Shown here in pieces: positions 53,403-61,859 of a stretch of 64,000 bases of DNA. The stretch is from an uncultured Nitrospiraceae bacterium (GTDB lineage Bacteria > Nitrospirota > Thermodesulfovibrionia > Thermodesulfovibrionales > UBA6898): NCBI GenBank assembly GCA_963811165.1, contig CAWEQH010000008.1, positions 448,001 to 512,000 of the forward strand, read 5' to 3'. The translations under genes and the position numbers were made by a program. The stretch's first letter is position 1, and every line of letters begins with the position of its first letter. The notes beneath the pieces are model-generated. The model ran no database searches and was not told where the DNA came from. It was given only the letters and a program-made list of their open reading frames with translations.

Positions 53403-54024
53403 TCTAAAAGAATCAGATCCTTAACGGCATTATAAAGGAAAATACGATTTTCAAACTCGCGCTCAGTCTCTGTCCCTCGATCGCGGTGACCAACAACCTG
53501 AAAAACGGTGTATTTATGGGCGGTGCGGTCCTTTTCGTCCAGGTGATGGTGAACATGACCATTTCTCTCATGAGAAACGTCATCCATCCTAAGGTGAGAC
53601 TGCCGATTTTTATGCTCGTAATCTCCGGCTGGGTCACTGTCACCCAGATGGTCATGGCCGCCTTCGCCCCGGATGTATATTCCAAGGTCGGCCTGTATAT
53701 CGCGCTGATTGTTGCCTTTGCGTCGATCCTTGCACGGGCCGAGATGTTGCCTCGAAAAACAGTTTCCTGCCGTCCATGGCCGACGGTCTCGGCATGGGGA
53801 TAGGCTTCCTTTTCGCGCTTACAACGATCAGTTTCTTCAGGGAACTTGTCGGCAAGGGATCTTTACTGGGGATATCCGCAGTCATCAATACAAAGCCGGT
53901 CCTGCTGCTGATTCTGCCTGCAGGGGGGTTTTTTGCGGTCGGCATATTGATGGCGGGATTCAACTGGATCAATGCGAGGGCCGCGGCAAAGGCCACGGCA
54001 AAAGCCGCGCTCACGGCGAACTAA
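53380..54024 (+). CDS. rnfE: Rnf complex subunit E (frameshifted)
   Basis: GIIKEN..LSLCPSIAVT, RLPIF, DGLGMG, LPAGGF. Confidence 0.85.
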
Positions 54025-54038
54025 AGGAGGAAGCATAG

Positions 54039-54633
54039 ATGGGCCACGAATTTCACAAAATTATTCGAACTCATAGTATCGGCGTCTCTGATAAATAACT
54101 TCGTCTTCACACGGTTCCTCGGGCTCTGCATATTCTTCGGCGTCTCGAAGAAGATGGAGACCGCCGTGGGCATGAGCGTCACGTTCGTCTCCGTCATGAT
54201 GATAAGCGCCGGCGTAAGCTGGGCTATCTTTAATATGATTTTGGTGCCCCTTGAGATTACCTTTCTTCAGATTATCGTATTTATCGGCGTCATCGCCGGC
54301 CTTGTGCAGGTGTCCGATACCATTATGAGGAAGGTATCGCCGGGACTGTATTACAAGCTCGGCATCTACCTCGCACTTATCTCGACCAACTGCATTATCC
54401 TTGCAGTGCCGCTGATAAACGCCGAAGAGAAATACACGTTCATTCAAAGTCTTGCCTTTGGCTTTGGCTCCGGCCTCGGCTTTGCACTTGCGCTTATCAT
54501 AATGGCAAGCATTCGGGAAAAACTCGAGCTGGCTGAAGTACCTGCCCCGTTTAAGGGGCTGCCTATGGCATTTGTCGTAACCGGCCTGATAGCACTTGCC
54601 TTTACGGGTTTTTCAGGATTGATCACGCTTTAA
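54039..54633 (+). CDS. rnfA: Rnf complex subunit A (extra G after the ATG)
   Basis: NNFVFTRFLGLC.FFGVSK, LISTNC, IREKL. Confidence 0.9.
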
Positions 54634-54689
54634 TTTGATTGTGTAAATATAGTAAACTATATATAAATTATCTTTGAGGAGAGCATAAA

Positions 54690-55874
54690 ATGTCCAATGG
54701 GCCGATAATAAAAAAGACGTGGTTACGTACAATTTTGTTAACACTCTTTTGTGTATCCGCTATTCTGGTCTTCTGCTCTTCACTTTATGCTGGAGTCGGC
54801 GGCAGTATCGAGCCCAAGAAAAATGTCGATCTGGTTCCCCTCATTAAATGGACGCTTGTCTTTCTTGCGGGAATGGGCACGATCTTCGGTATCGGCATCG
54901 CCCTTGCTGCAAAGAGGTTTGCCGTACAGATAGACCCGAGGGTCGAAAAGGTGAAGGACCACCTTGCACACGCCCACTGCGGCGCATGCGGCTATGCCGG
55001 GTGTGAGCAGTATGCCGAGGCGGTGGTCAACAAACCCGAAGTCGCCCCGAATCTCTGTATCCCTGCAGGCGCCAAGGGCGCCGAGGCGGTTGCGCTTATT
55101 ACCGGAAAGAAGGCTGAGATACGGGAGCCCCAGTTTGCAAGGATCATGTGCCAGGGCAGCTTGTCGAAATCGGTAAAAAGGTTCAAGTATGAAGGCATTA
55201 AGGACTGCAGGGCGTCGATACTTGCAGGAGGCGGAGACAAGGCCTGCAGGTACGGCTGTCTCGGATACGGCACTTGCTCAAGGGTATGTCCATTTGGTGC
55301 GATCTCAATGACCGACGACCACCTCCCGTTTGTCGATATCACAAAGTGCACCGGATGCAGGAAGTGCGAGCAGGCGTGCCCCACAAAGGTCATCGAGGTC
55401 CTGCCGGCATCAAGGCAAGTGCTCGTCACCTGTCACTCAAAGGACAAAGGCGGAGATACACGCAAGAACTGCGAGGTCGGCTGCATCGCCTGCGGGATAT
55501 GCGTAAAGGTATGCCCCTTTGACGCCCCTTCGGTCACAAACAGCCTGTCGAGAATAGACCTGGATAAATGCAAGGTCTGCGGTCTGTGTGTCTCCAAATG
55601 CCCCACGAAGGCCATCAGCGACTTTATCCCGCAGAGGCCGAAGGCATTCATTATGGACAACTGTATAGGCTGTCAGATATGTGCAAAGGTATGCCCGGTC
55701 AATGCGCCTTCCGGGGAGATGAAGAAACTGCACGTGATAAATAAAGACCAGTGCATAGGATGCGGCATATGTACCGCCAAGTGCCCTGTGCAGGCGATCG
55801 ACGGCACGTTCAACGCCCGGGAAGTATTTGCGGCAGCGGCGGCCAAGAAGGCAAAAAAAGTAGAAGCGGCGTAA
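54690..55874 (+). CDS. rnfB: Rnf complex subunit B, polyferredoxin type
   Basis: DPRV, CGACGYAGC, six ferredoxin-type CP-ending cysteine motifs. Confidence 0.88.
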   Translation: MSNGPIIKKTWLRTILLTLFCVSAILVFCSSLYAGVGGSIEPKKNVDLVPLIKWTLVFLAGMGTIFGIGIALAAKRFAVQIDPRVEKVKDHLAHAHCGACGYAGCEQYAEAVVNKPEVAPNLCIPAGAKGAEAVALITGKKAEIREPQFARIMCQGSLSKSVKRFKYEGIKDCRASILAGGGDKACRYGCLGYGTCSRVCPFGAISMTDDHLPFVDITKCTGCRKCEQACPTKVIEVLPASRQVLVTCHSKDKGGDTRKNCEVGCIACGICVKVCPFDAPSVTNSLSRIDLDKCKVCGLCVSKCPTKAISDFIPQRPKAFIMDNCIGCQICAKVCPVNAPSGEMKKLHVINKDQCIGCGICTAKCPVQAIDGTFNAREVFAAAAAKKAKKVEAA

Positions 55875-55903
55875 AAATAAGTAAAATGAAGCTATGTAAC
55901 AGG

Positions 55904-55929
55904 GGCCCTTTTTAAAGGGCCTTTTTTTT
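55904..55929 (+). terminator. Rho-independent terminator of the rnf operon
   Basis: GGCCCTTT-TT-AAAGGGCC followed by T8. Confidence 0.75.
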
Positions 55930-55957
55930 AAAAAATATATAAAAGGAGGATTCGAAA

Positions 55958-56644
55958 GTGCGGGTATCAAAGGTTCTCATTGCAGTATTCTTATCAATGG
56001 CAATTGCCGGGCTGGTCTATGCCGGCGCGGGGGAAGATTCTTTAACCAAGCTTCAGGAAGGAAACAAGAGGTTCGTATCGGGCGAGCTTGCAAAGAAAGA
56101 CATAGGAGAGAGCAGGAGGCAGGAACTCACAAAAGGACAGAGTCCGTTTGCGACCATCCTGTCGTGTTCCGACTCAAGAGTAGCTCCTGAACTCATCTTC
56201 GATGAGGGGTTAGGCGACATTTTCATTGTCAGGGATGCGGGGAATGTCGTGGACCCTGTTACTATGGGAAGCATCGAGTACGGGGTTGAACATCTCCACA
56301 CGCCCCTGCTTGTCATCCTAGGCCATGAGAAATGCGGCGCGGTTACCGCTGCCTTGGATGCTAAGGGCAAGCCTGAGGGCAATATAGGCGCGATCCTTAA
56401 AAAGATCATGCCTGCTGTCAAAAAGGCCAAGAAGGCCGGGAAAGACAGGGAAGGCACTCTGGATCTGGCGATACAGGAGAATGTCAGGCACACGTACAAG
56501 GACGTTATGAAAAGCAAGATCGTGAGTGAACTCGTTCATGAAGGGAAGCTCAAGGTCGTTGCAGCCGAATATTATTTGGGGACCGGCAAGGTCGAGATGA
56601 TAGACCTCGCTTCTTTACACGAAGGCCATAAAGGGCATCATTAA
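55958..56644 (+). CDS. Beta-class carbonic anhydrase with signal peptide
   Basis: GNKRF, CSDSRV, RDAGN, GHEKCGA; hydrophobic N-terminus. Confidence 0.92.
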   Translation: MRVSKVLIAVFLSMAIAGLVYAGAGEDSLTKLQEGNKRFVSGELAKKDIGESRRQELTKGQSPFATILSCSDSRVAPELIFDEGLGDIFIVRDAGNVVDPVTMGSIEYGVEHLHTPLLVILGHEKCGAVTAALDAKGKPEGNIGAILKKIMPAVKKAKKAGKDREGTLDLAIQENVRHTYKDVMKSKIVSELVHEGKLKVVAAEYYLGTGKVEMIDLASLHEGHKGHH

Positions 56645-56674
56645 TATGTAACGTTACGAACGGAAGTTCAGGGG

Positions 56675-56711
56675 GCGCGGAAGGGAATTATCTCTTCCGC
56701 GCTTTTTTTTT
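56675..56711 (+). terminator. Rho-independent terminator
   Basis: GCGCGGAAGGGA-ATTA-TCTCTTCCGCGC followed by T9. Confidence 0.85.
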
Positions 56712-56713
56712 AT

Positions 56714-56979
56714 ATGGGGCGTTGCCCCATGCCCCAGTTACCTGTGGAATCTCCTTCGGAGCTTCGATGCAAGGAATATGTCTCTTCACATCCGCTCGTT
56801 TTGAACTCGCTATCCATCTCTTGACGACCAAGCAAGGTAGCCGAAAGAAGGTCGCCCCAACGAAAATTTATACGGCTGCGCAGACGTCCTCGGTAGATTT
56901 TAGGAACTTGCCTGCGGCTCAAACAGCCTAAAATCTTTCACCCTGCGGGCGTCTGTGCTCGCCTAAATTTTCGAAGGGG
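56714..56979. other. Long structured non-coding element (MITE-like or ncRNA)
   Basis: Small hairpin 56714-56730; nested stems 56861-70/56964-73, 56878-89/56947-58 and 56895-904/56927-36. Confidence 0.6.
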
Positions 56980-57099
56980 ACTACACACAATCATGCATCA
57001 GGCCTCTGAAATACCACTTTTGCACGATCTGCATTCTAGCTTATTTATGTTTAATATCAATGTCTTAGGCTTTTTACCTTTCACTTTTTACCATTTTTC

Positions 57100-57128
57100 T
57101 TGACAGTGAACGATCGTTCACTTATAAT
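57100..57128 (+). promoter_or_regulatory. Consensus sigma70 promoter with a LexA-type operator in the spacer
   Basis: TTGACA-17bp-TATAAT; spacer covered by the palindrome AGTGAACGATCGTTCACT (57105-57122). Confidence 0.9.
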
Positions 57129-57134
57129 GAAATT

Positions 57135-57725
57135 ATGAAAGATGCGAGAGAAGAGAAGCTGCGGTCCAGGGTTAGGGGCATATCGGATTTTTATTATCAG
57201 AAGGGCAGGATGCCGAGCTTTTCCGAGATCGGGGAGATGGCCGGGTTCCGATCGAAAAACGCGGTCTTCAAATTCGTCAATAAACTTGAGAATCTCAATA
57301 TCGTGGGGAGAGACAAAAAAGGCAGGCTTATCCCCGGGTCGATAGCAGCCTCGGTAAAGATGCTCGGCACTGTTGAGGCGGGGTTCCCGAGTCCTGCCGA
57401 GGAGGAGTTGGTAGATACCCTCTCCCTTGACGAGCTTCTCATACAGAACAGGGAGGCCACGTTCCTTTTAAGGGTCTCCGGCGATTCGATGTCGGGGGCC
57501 GGCATCCTTCCCGGAGACATGGTGATCGTGGACAAGGTCCAGACGCCAAAGAGCGGGGACATCGTTATTGCAGAGGTCGATGGGGCGTGGACGATGAAAT
57601 ACCTCAGAAAAAGGGGCGAGAATGTGACCCTCTTGCCGGCCAATCCCAAATATCAACCAATCAAGCCGAAGAATGAGCTTAAGATTGCGGGTGTGGTGAC
57701 AGCGGTGGTGAGGAAGTATAAGTGA
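57135..57725 (+). CDS. lexA: LexA-family repressor (wHTH plus UmuD-like S24 peptidase)
   Basis: PSFSEI..GFRSKNAV HTH; VEAGFPSPA cleavage site; VSGDSM Ser; TMKYL Lys. Confidence 0.88.
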   Translation: MKDAREEKLRSRVRGISDFYYQKGRMPSFSEIGEMAGFRSKNAVFKFVNKLENLNIVGRDKKGRLIPGSIAASVKMLGTVEAGFPSPAEEELVDTLSLDELLIQNREATFLLRVSGDSMSGAGILPGDMVIVDKVQTPKSGDIVIAEVDGAWTMKYLRKRGENVTLLPANPKYQPIKPKNELKIAGVVTAVVRKYK

Positions 57726-57944
57726 CGGGAACAAAATAAATCACGAGGAGGAACAATAAAATGGTTGACGGATTCACACTGAAATTCCTTGGAGAACTTT
57801 TTTACCTTACCGTCGCACTCTGTGCACTGTATGGTACATGGGGCCTTTTCCGAAGATACAGGAAGATAAACTCGACAGTCATCAGGGCACATATCACTGC
57901 ATATAGGATCCAGAAGATGGTTGAGAGCCGCTCCCGATAGAAAC

Positions 57945-57969
57945 GGGGTGTGATAAATTACGTCCCTAC
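57945..57969 (-). repeat. Degenerate GTAG-type REP upstream of the RAYT
   Basis: Reverse complement GTAGGGACGTAATTTATCACACCCC. Confidence 0.6.
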
Positions 57970-58249
57970 GGACAAATATACACGCATGAAACATGACCCT
58001 GACAAACGACACCGTCGTTCAATCCGCCTGAAGGGATACGATTATTCAGAGGCAGGCGCGTATTTTATCACCATCTGCGCGCAAAACAGGGAATGTTTGT
58101 TCGGGGACATCGTTGATGAGGAAATACGGTTGAATGATGCGGGGCAGATGGTCCATAGGATATGGAATGATTTGTCCGTCGAATATCCTGACATAGAAAT
58201 AGACGAATTCATTGTAATGCCAAATCACATGCACGGGATAATCGTGATT

Positions 58250-58332
58250 GTAGGGGCGCCTCTTGTGGGTGCCCATTCTTCCTGCACGGCGATCGACAAA
58301 GAAATCAGGGCAGGCACAAGACCTGCCCCTAC
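58250..58332. repeat. Convergent REP doublet inside the RAYT (copy 1)
   Basis: GTAGGGGCGCCTCTTGTGGGTGCCC ... GGGCAGGCACAAGACCTGCCCCTAC. Confidence 0.85.
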
Positions 58333-58567
58333 ATTGGGGGATGCCGTCGGTACATTTAAATCCGTTACAACACATCAATATGTCGATGGTGTCAGACAGA
58401 AAAACTGGCTGTCATTCAACGGCAAATTATGGCAGCGCAATTATTACGAACACATTATCCGCAATGAAGAAGAAATGAATCGCATCCGCGAATACATTGT
58501 CAAAAATCCCGCGAAATGGGATGAGGATGAAAACAATCCGGGGAATATTATCCGTGGGGGACATGAT

Positions 58568-58677
58568 GTAGGGGCGCCTCTTGTGGGTGCCCATTCTTCC
58601 GGTGCAGCGATCGGTAATGCCGGAACCAGGGCAGGTGTACGACCTGGAACCAGGGCAGGCACAAGACCTGCCCCTAC
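58568..58677. repeat. Convergent REP doublet at the RAYT 3' end (copy 2)
   Basis: The same two 25-mers, at 58568-58592 and 58653-58677. Confidence 0.85.
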
Positions 58678-58719
58678 TACGACGGCACCAACAAAACAAA
58701 AATCATCCGGCAATACCCC

Positions 58720-60033
58720 ATGACCACCCAGCCCTTAACCATCCGTTCCTGGCCGCAGGCGGTCCTCCATCTGGACGCCGATGCCTTTTTTGCGTCCTGC
58801 GAGCAGGCGGTCCATCCGGAACTCAGGGGAAGGCCGGTGATAACCGGCAAGGAGCGGGGGATTGTTGCGGCCGCAAGTTATGAGGCAAAGGCAAGGGGGA
58901 TAACGAGGGGCGTGAGCCTGTATGATGTGAAGAAGATCTGCCCTGACGCGGTGATCGTCCCCTCTGACTACGAGACCTACAGCCTCTTCTCTGTACGGAT
59001 GTTCGAGATTCTCAGGCGCTTCTCGCCCGATGTCGAGGAGTATTCGATAGACGAGGCATTCGTTGACCTCACCGGCCTCAGGAGAAGTTTTCACGGCCCT
59101 TACGGTCTGATCGCAAAGAAGATGCAGGACACGATCGGGACGGAGCTGGGGATCACGGTCTCTGTCGGCGTCAGTCTCTCTAAGGTCCTGGCAAAGATAG
59201 GGTCCAAACACAATAAACCACATGGACTTACAATAATTCCCGGAAGGGACATCCATCTCTACCTCGAAAAACTTCCGGTCGAAAAGGTCTGGGGGATCGG
59301 ACCGAACACGGCCGCCTTCCTGGGGAAGTTCGGAATAAAGACCGCCCTTCAGTTTGCAAGGAGAGACGAGCGGTTTATACAAAAACATCTCTCAAAGCCC
59401 TATCAGGAGATCTGGCATGAGCTAAACGGAAGGTCCGTGTATCCGGTCGTCACCGAATCGAAAAGCAGCTATCAGTCCATAAGCAAGACAAAGACCTTTA
59501 CCCCTCCTTCAGAAGATGAGACGTTAGTCTTTGCCCAGCTTTCGAAAAACCTTGAAAACGCATGCATCAAGGCGCGGCGATACAAGCTATCGGCAACAAG
59601 GCTCATCCTCTTTCTCCGCACACAGGAGTTCAGGGACACCGGGGTAGAGATAAGGTTGAACCGGGCCACCGCATATCCTATCGACCTCTTCGGGCCGCTA
59701 CGGGAGGGCTTCGATCAAATCTACCGGGCCGGAAGCCACTACCGCCAGACCGGGGTTGTGCTTGGAGGGCTGATGCCTGAGGCGGGGGTCCAATATACCC
59801 TCTTTGACGACACCGACAGGATAGAGAAGTTTTCAAGAATCTACAGCGCCGTTGATATGGTGTCCGAAAAATTCGGGAAATATGCGGTACATCATGCGGC
59901 AAGCCTTCCGACAAAACTTCAGACGCAGCATGAAGGGGAAAGGGGCGATGCGCCTGAGAGGACCACAGACCTCTTCAAGGGAGAAACGAAAAGACAGAGA
60001 CTCGGGCTGCCGGTGCTTAAGGTGAAGGTGTGA
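58720..60033 (+). CDS. dinB: Y-family DNA polymerase (DinB/Pol IV-UmuC-like)
   Basis: LHLDADAFFASCE, AASYEAK, YSIDEAF, VWGIG, QYTLF clamp-binding-like motif. Confidence 0.9.
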   Translation: MTTQPLTIRSWPQAVLHLDADAFFASCEQAVHPELRGRPVITGKERGIVAAASYEAKARGITRGVSLYDVKKICPDAVIVPSDYETYSLFSVRMFEILRRFSPDVEEYSIDEAFVDLTGLRRSFHGPYGLIAKKMQDTIGTELGITVSVGVSLSKVLAKIGSKHNKPHGLTIIPGRDIHLYLEKLPVEKVWGIGPNTAAFLGKFGIKTALQFARRDERFIQKHLSKPYQEIWHELNGRSVYPVVTESKSSYQSISKTKTFTPPSEDETLVFAQLSKNLENACIKARRYKLSATRLILFLRTQEFRDTGVEIRLNRATAYPIDLFGPLREGFDQIYRAGSHYRQTGVVLGGLMPEAGVQYTLFDDTDRIEKFSRIYSAVDMVSEKFGKYAVHHAASLPTKLQTQHEGERGDAPERTTDLFKGETKRQRLGLPVLKVKV

Positions 60034-60309
60034 AGTCGGTTGCGCGCTAATTTTTTGTAGGAGCCGAAGTTTTATCTGTCAGACAATCTGCGGTGGCCGG
60101 ATCAACGGAGAGATTTGGGCTCAAGGCGATGTCCAAAATCCCAGCTGATGCGATACAAAAACCAACTTTAGGGAGGGAGTGTGAATCAATGCGTTTCCTC
60201 AATTATATTTTTTACGAACAGCAGATTGAGCCTCAGATCCAGAATAATTTCCAGATCCAGACTCAACCCGGCAAGCAGCTGCCGACAAGCGATTTATTGT
60301 CCAACGAGC

Positions 60310-61857
60310 CTACTTATATCGCCCTTCTGCAGGCAGGGATTTCAATGCGGATGCTTCCCATCCGCCTCCCAGGGCTTTAATGAGAAGAACGTCTGCGGTC
60401 ATCATGCGGCCCTGGATACCGATAGCGGTCCTCTCATTGGTTAAGGCTGCGGCCTGGGCCACTATGACGTCTAGGTAACTGACTGTGCCGGCCTTGTATT
60501 GATTCGTAACGACCGCCAGTGTCTGTCGCGCCGATTTCACCGCCTCATCCTGAACGACTGCTTCTTCCCAAGGATGCGAAGCGCGGCGAGATTGTCTTCC
60601 ACTTCCTGAAAACGCGGTAAGTACGGTTTGACGATAGGACGCCACAGTTGCATCATAGGCTGCACGTGCCTCGTCCGTCAGCGCCCTTCTCAAGCCCGCC
60701 GTCAAACACGGTCTCCGCGACTGCGGATGCCGATCGACCAGAAGCGGTTCGGCCATGACAGCCAATTTGACAGAGACGATGCCTTCAAATCCGCCTGAGG
60801 CCTCAGCGTCAGCGCTCGGATAAAACGCCGACTTCGGCGACCCCGATCTGCGCATTCGCAGAAGCGACGCGACGTTCGGCTGCCGCAATATCAGGCCTTC
60901 TTTCGAGCAGCTCTGAAGGCATCCCCACGGGTATTCCGGCGGCGCCGCCGCAGGCCGGCTGCAGGGAGTCGAAAAATCAGACGCGGGTTTTCCTATAAGA
61001 AGGGCGATTGCATGTTCAGTTTGACTATCGCTGCATGCCTATATCGATCGCCTGGGCCTGGGTAGACTTAAGCTGTGTCTCGGCCTGAAGCACATCCGCC
61101 CTCGAAGCAACGCCGCTTGCATAACTGTTTTTCGTCAATTCGAGAGACTTTTATAGGCAACGACCGTCTCATCGAGAAGCTGCTTTTGCGGCATCGAGCG
61201 CCCGGAGCTGAAAATAGTCCTGCGCCAGTTCGGCATGAATGCTGAGCCGGACCGCTTCGAGGTCAGCGGCGCTTGCCTCTGCCCCTGCCTGCGCCTGCCT
61301 CAACCGTGCGCCGTATCTTTCCCCAGAGATCGGGCTCCCACGATACATCGACCGGTCAGCAGAAAGTCGGAATTTGTGCCCGTCGCGGTAAAGGCCCCTC
61401 CGCCGGTATTAGGCGACCGGCGCGAGCGTGTAAAAGATGCATCTGCAGTCACTGTCGGAAAATAGCCGGACGCGCGCGGCCCGGACAAGCTGCGAGGGCC
61501 TGGCGAAACTGCGCCTCAGCCGCTGCTACATTCTGGTTAGAGATATCCACCTTCTCTTCAAGATGAGTTCAGTTCAGGATCATTGAAGATCTCCCACCAC
61601 TGCCCCTTTATTATTCGTCCTCGGCTGCGCCTTTTTCCAGCCTTCCATCTCCTTGTATGCACGCCGGCGTTTCGGCCTCCGGCCTCACATAATTCGGGCC
61701 GGCCGAACATGCGGCCAGGAGCATAAGCGGGCCTGCAAGCGCTGAAACCGTAAACGAGCGCAGCCCCAGGCGTATCCTGACACACTTTCCTCACCGTAAG
61801 AAGCATAGACCATCCTTTCCGTTTTTCGCCGGCAATCGCGGATCTGTTCAACATCAT
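60310..61857 (-). CDS. NodT/TolC-family efflux outer-membrane lipoprotein (multiple frameshifts)
   Basis: Fragments [14 protein letters not shown] (lipobox), [41 protein letters not shown]. Confidence 0.8.
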
Positions 61858-61859
61858 AT

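Larger units (their letters stand above)
57986..58723 (+). mobile_element. REP-associated tyrosine transposase (RAYT/TnpA-REP, Y1 HUH)
   Basis: RRSIRLKGYDYS..GAYFITIC, MPNHMHGI (HUH), FKS, LWQRNYYEHIIR, IREYIVKNP (catalytic Tyr). Confidence 0.92.
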
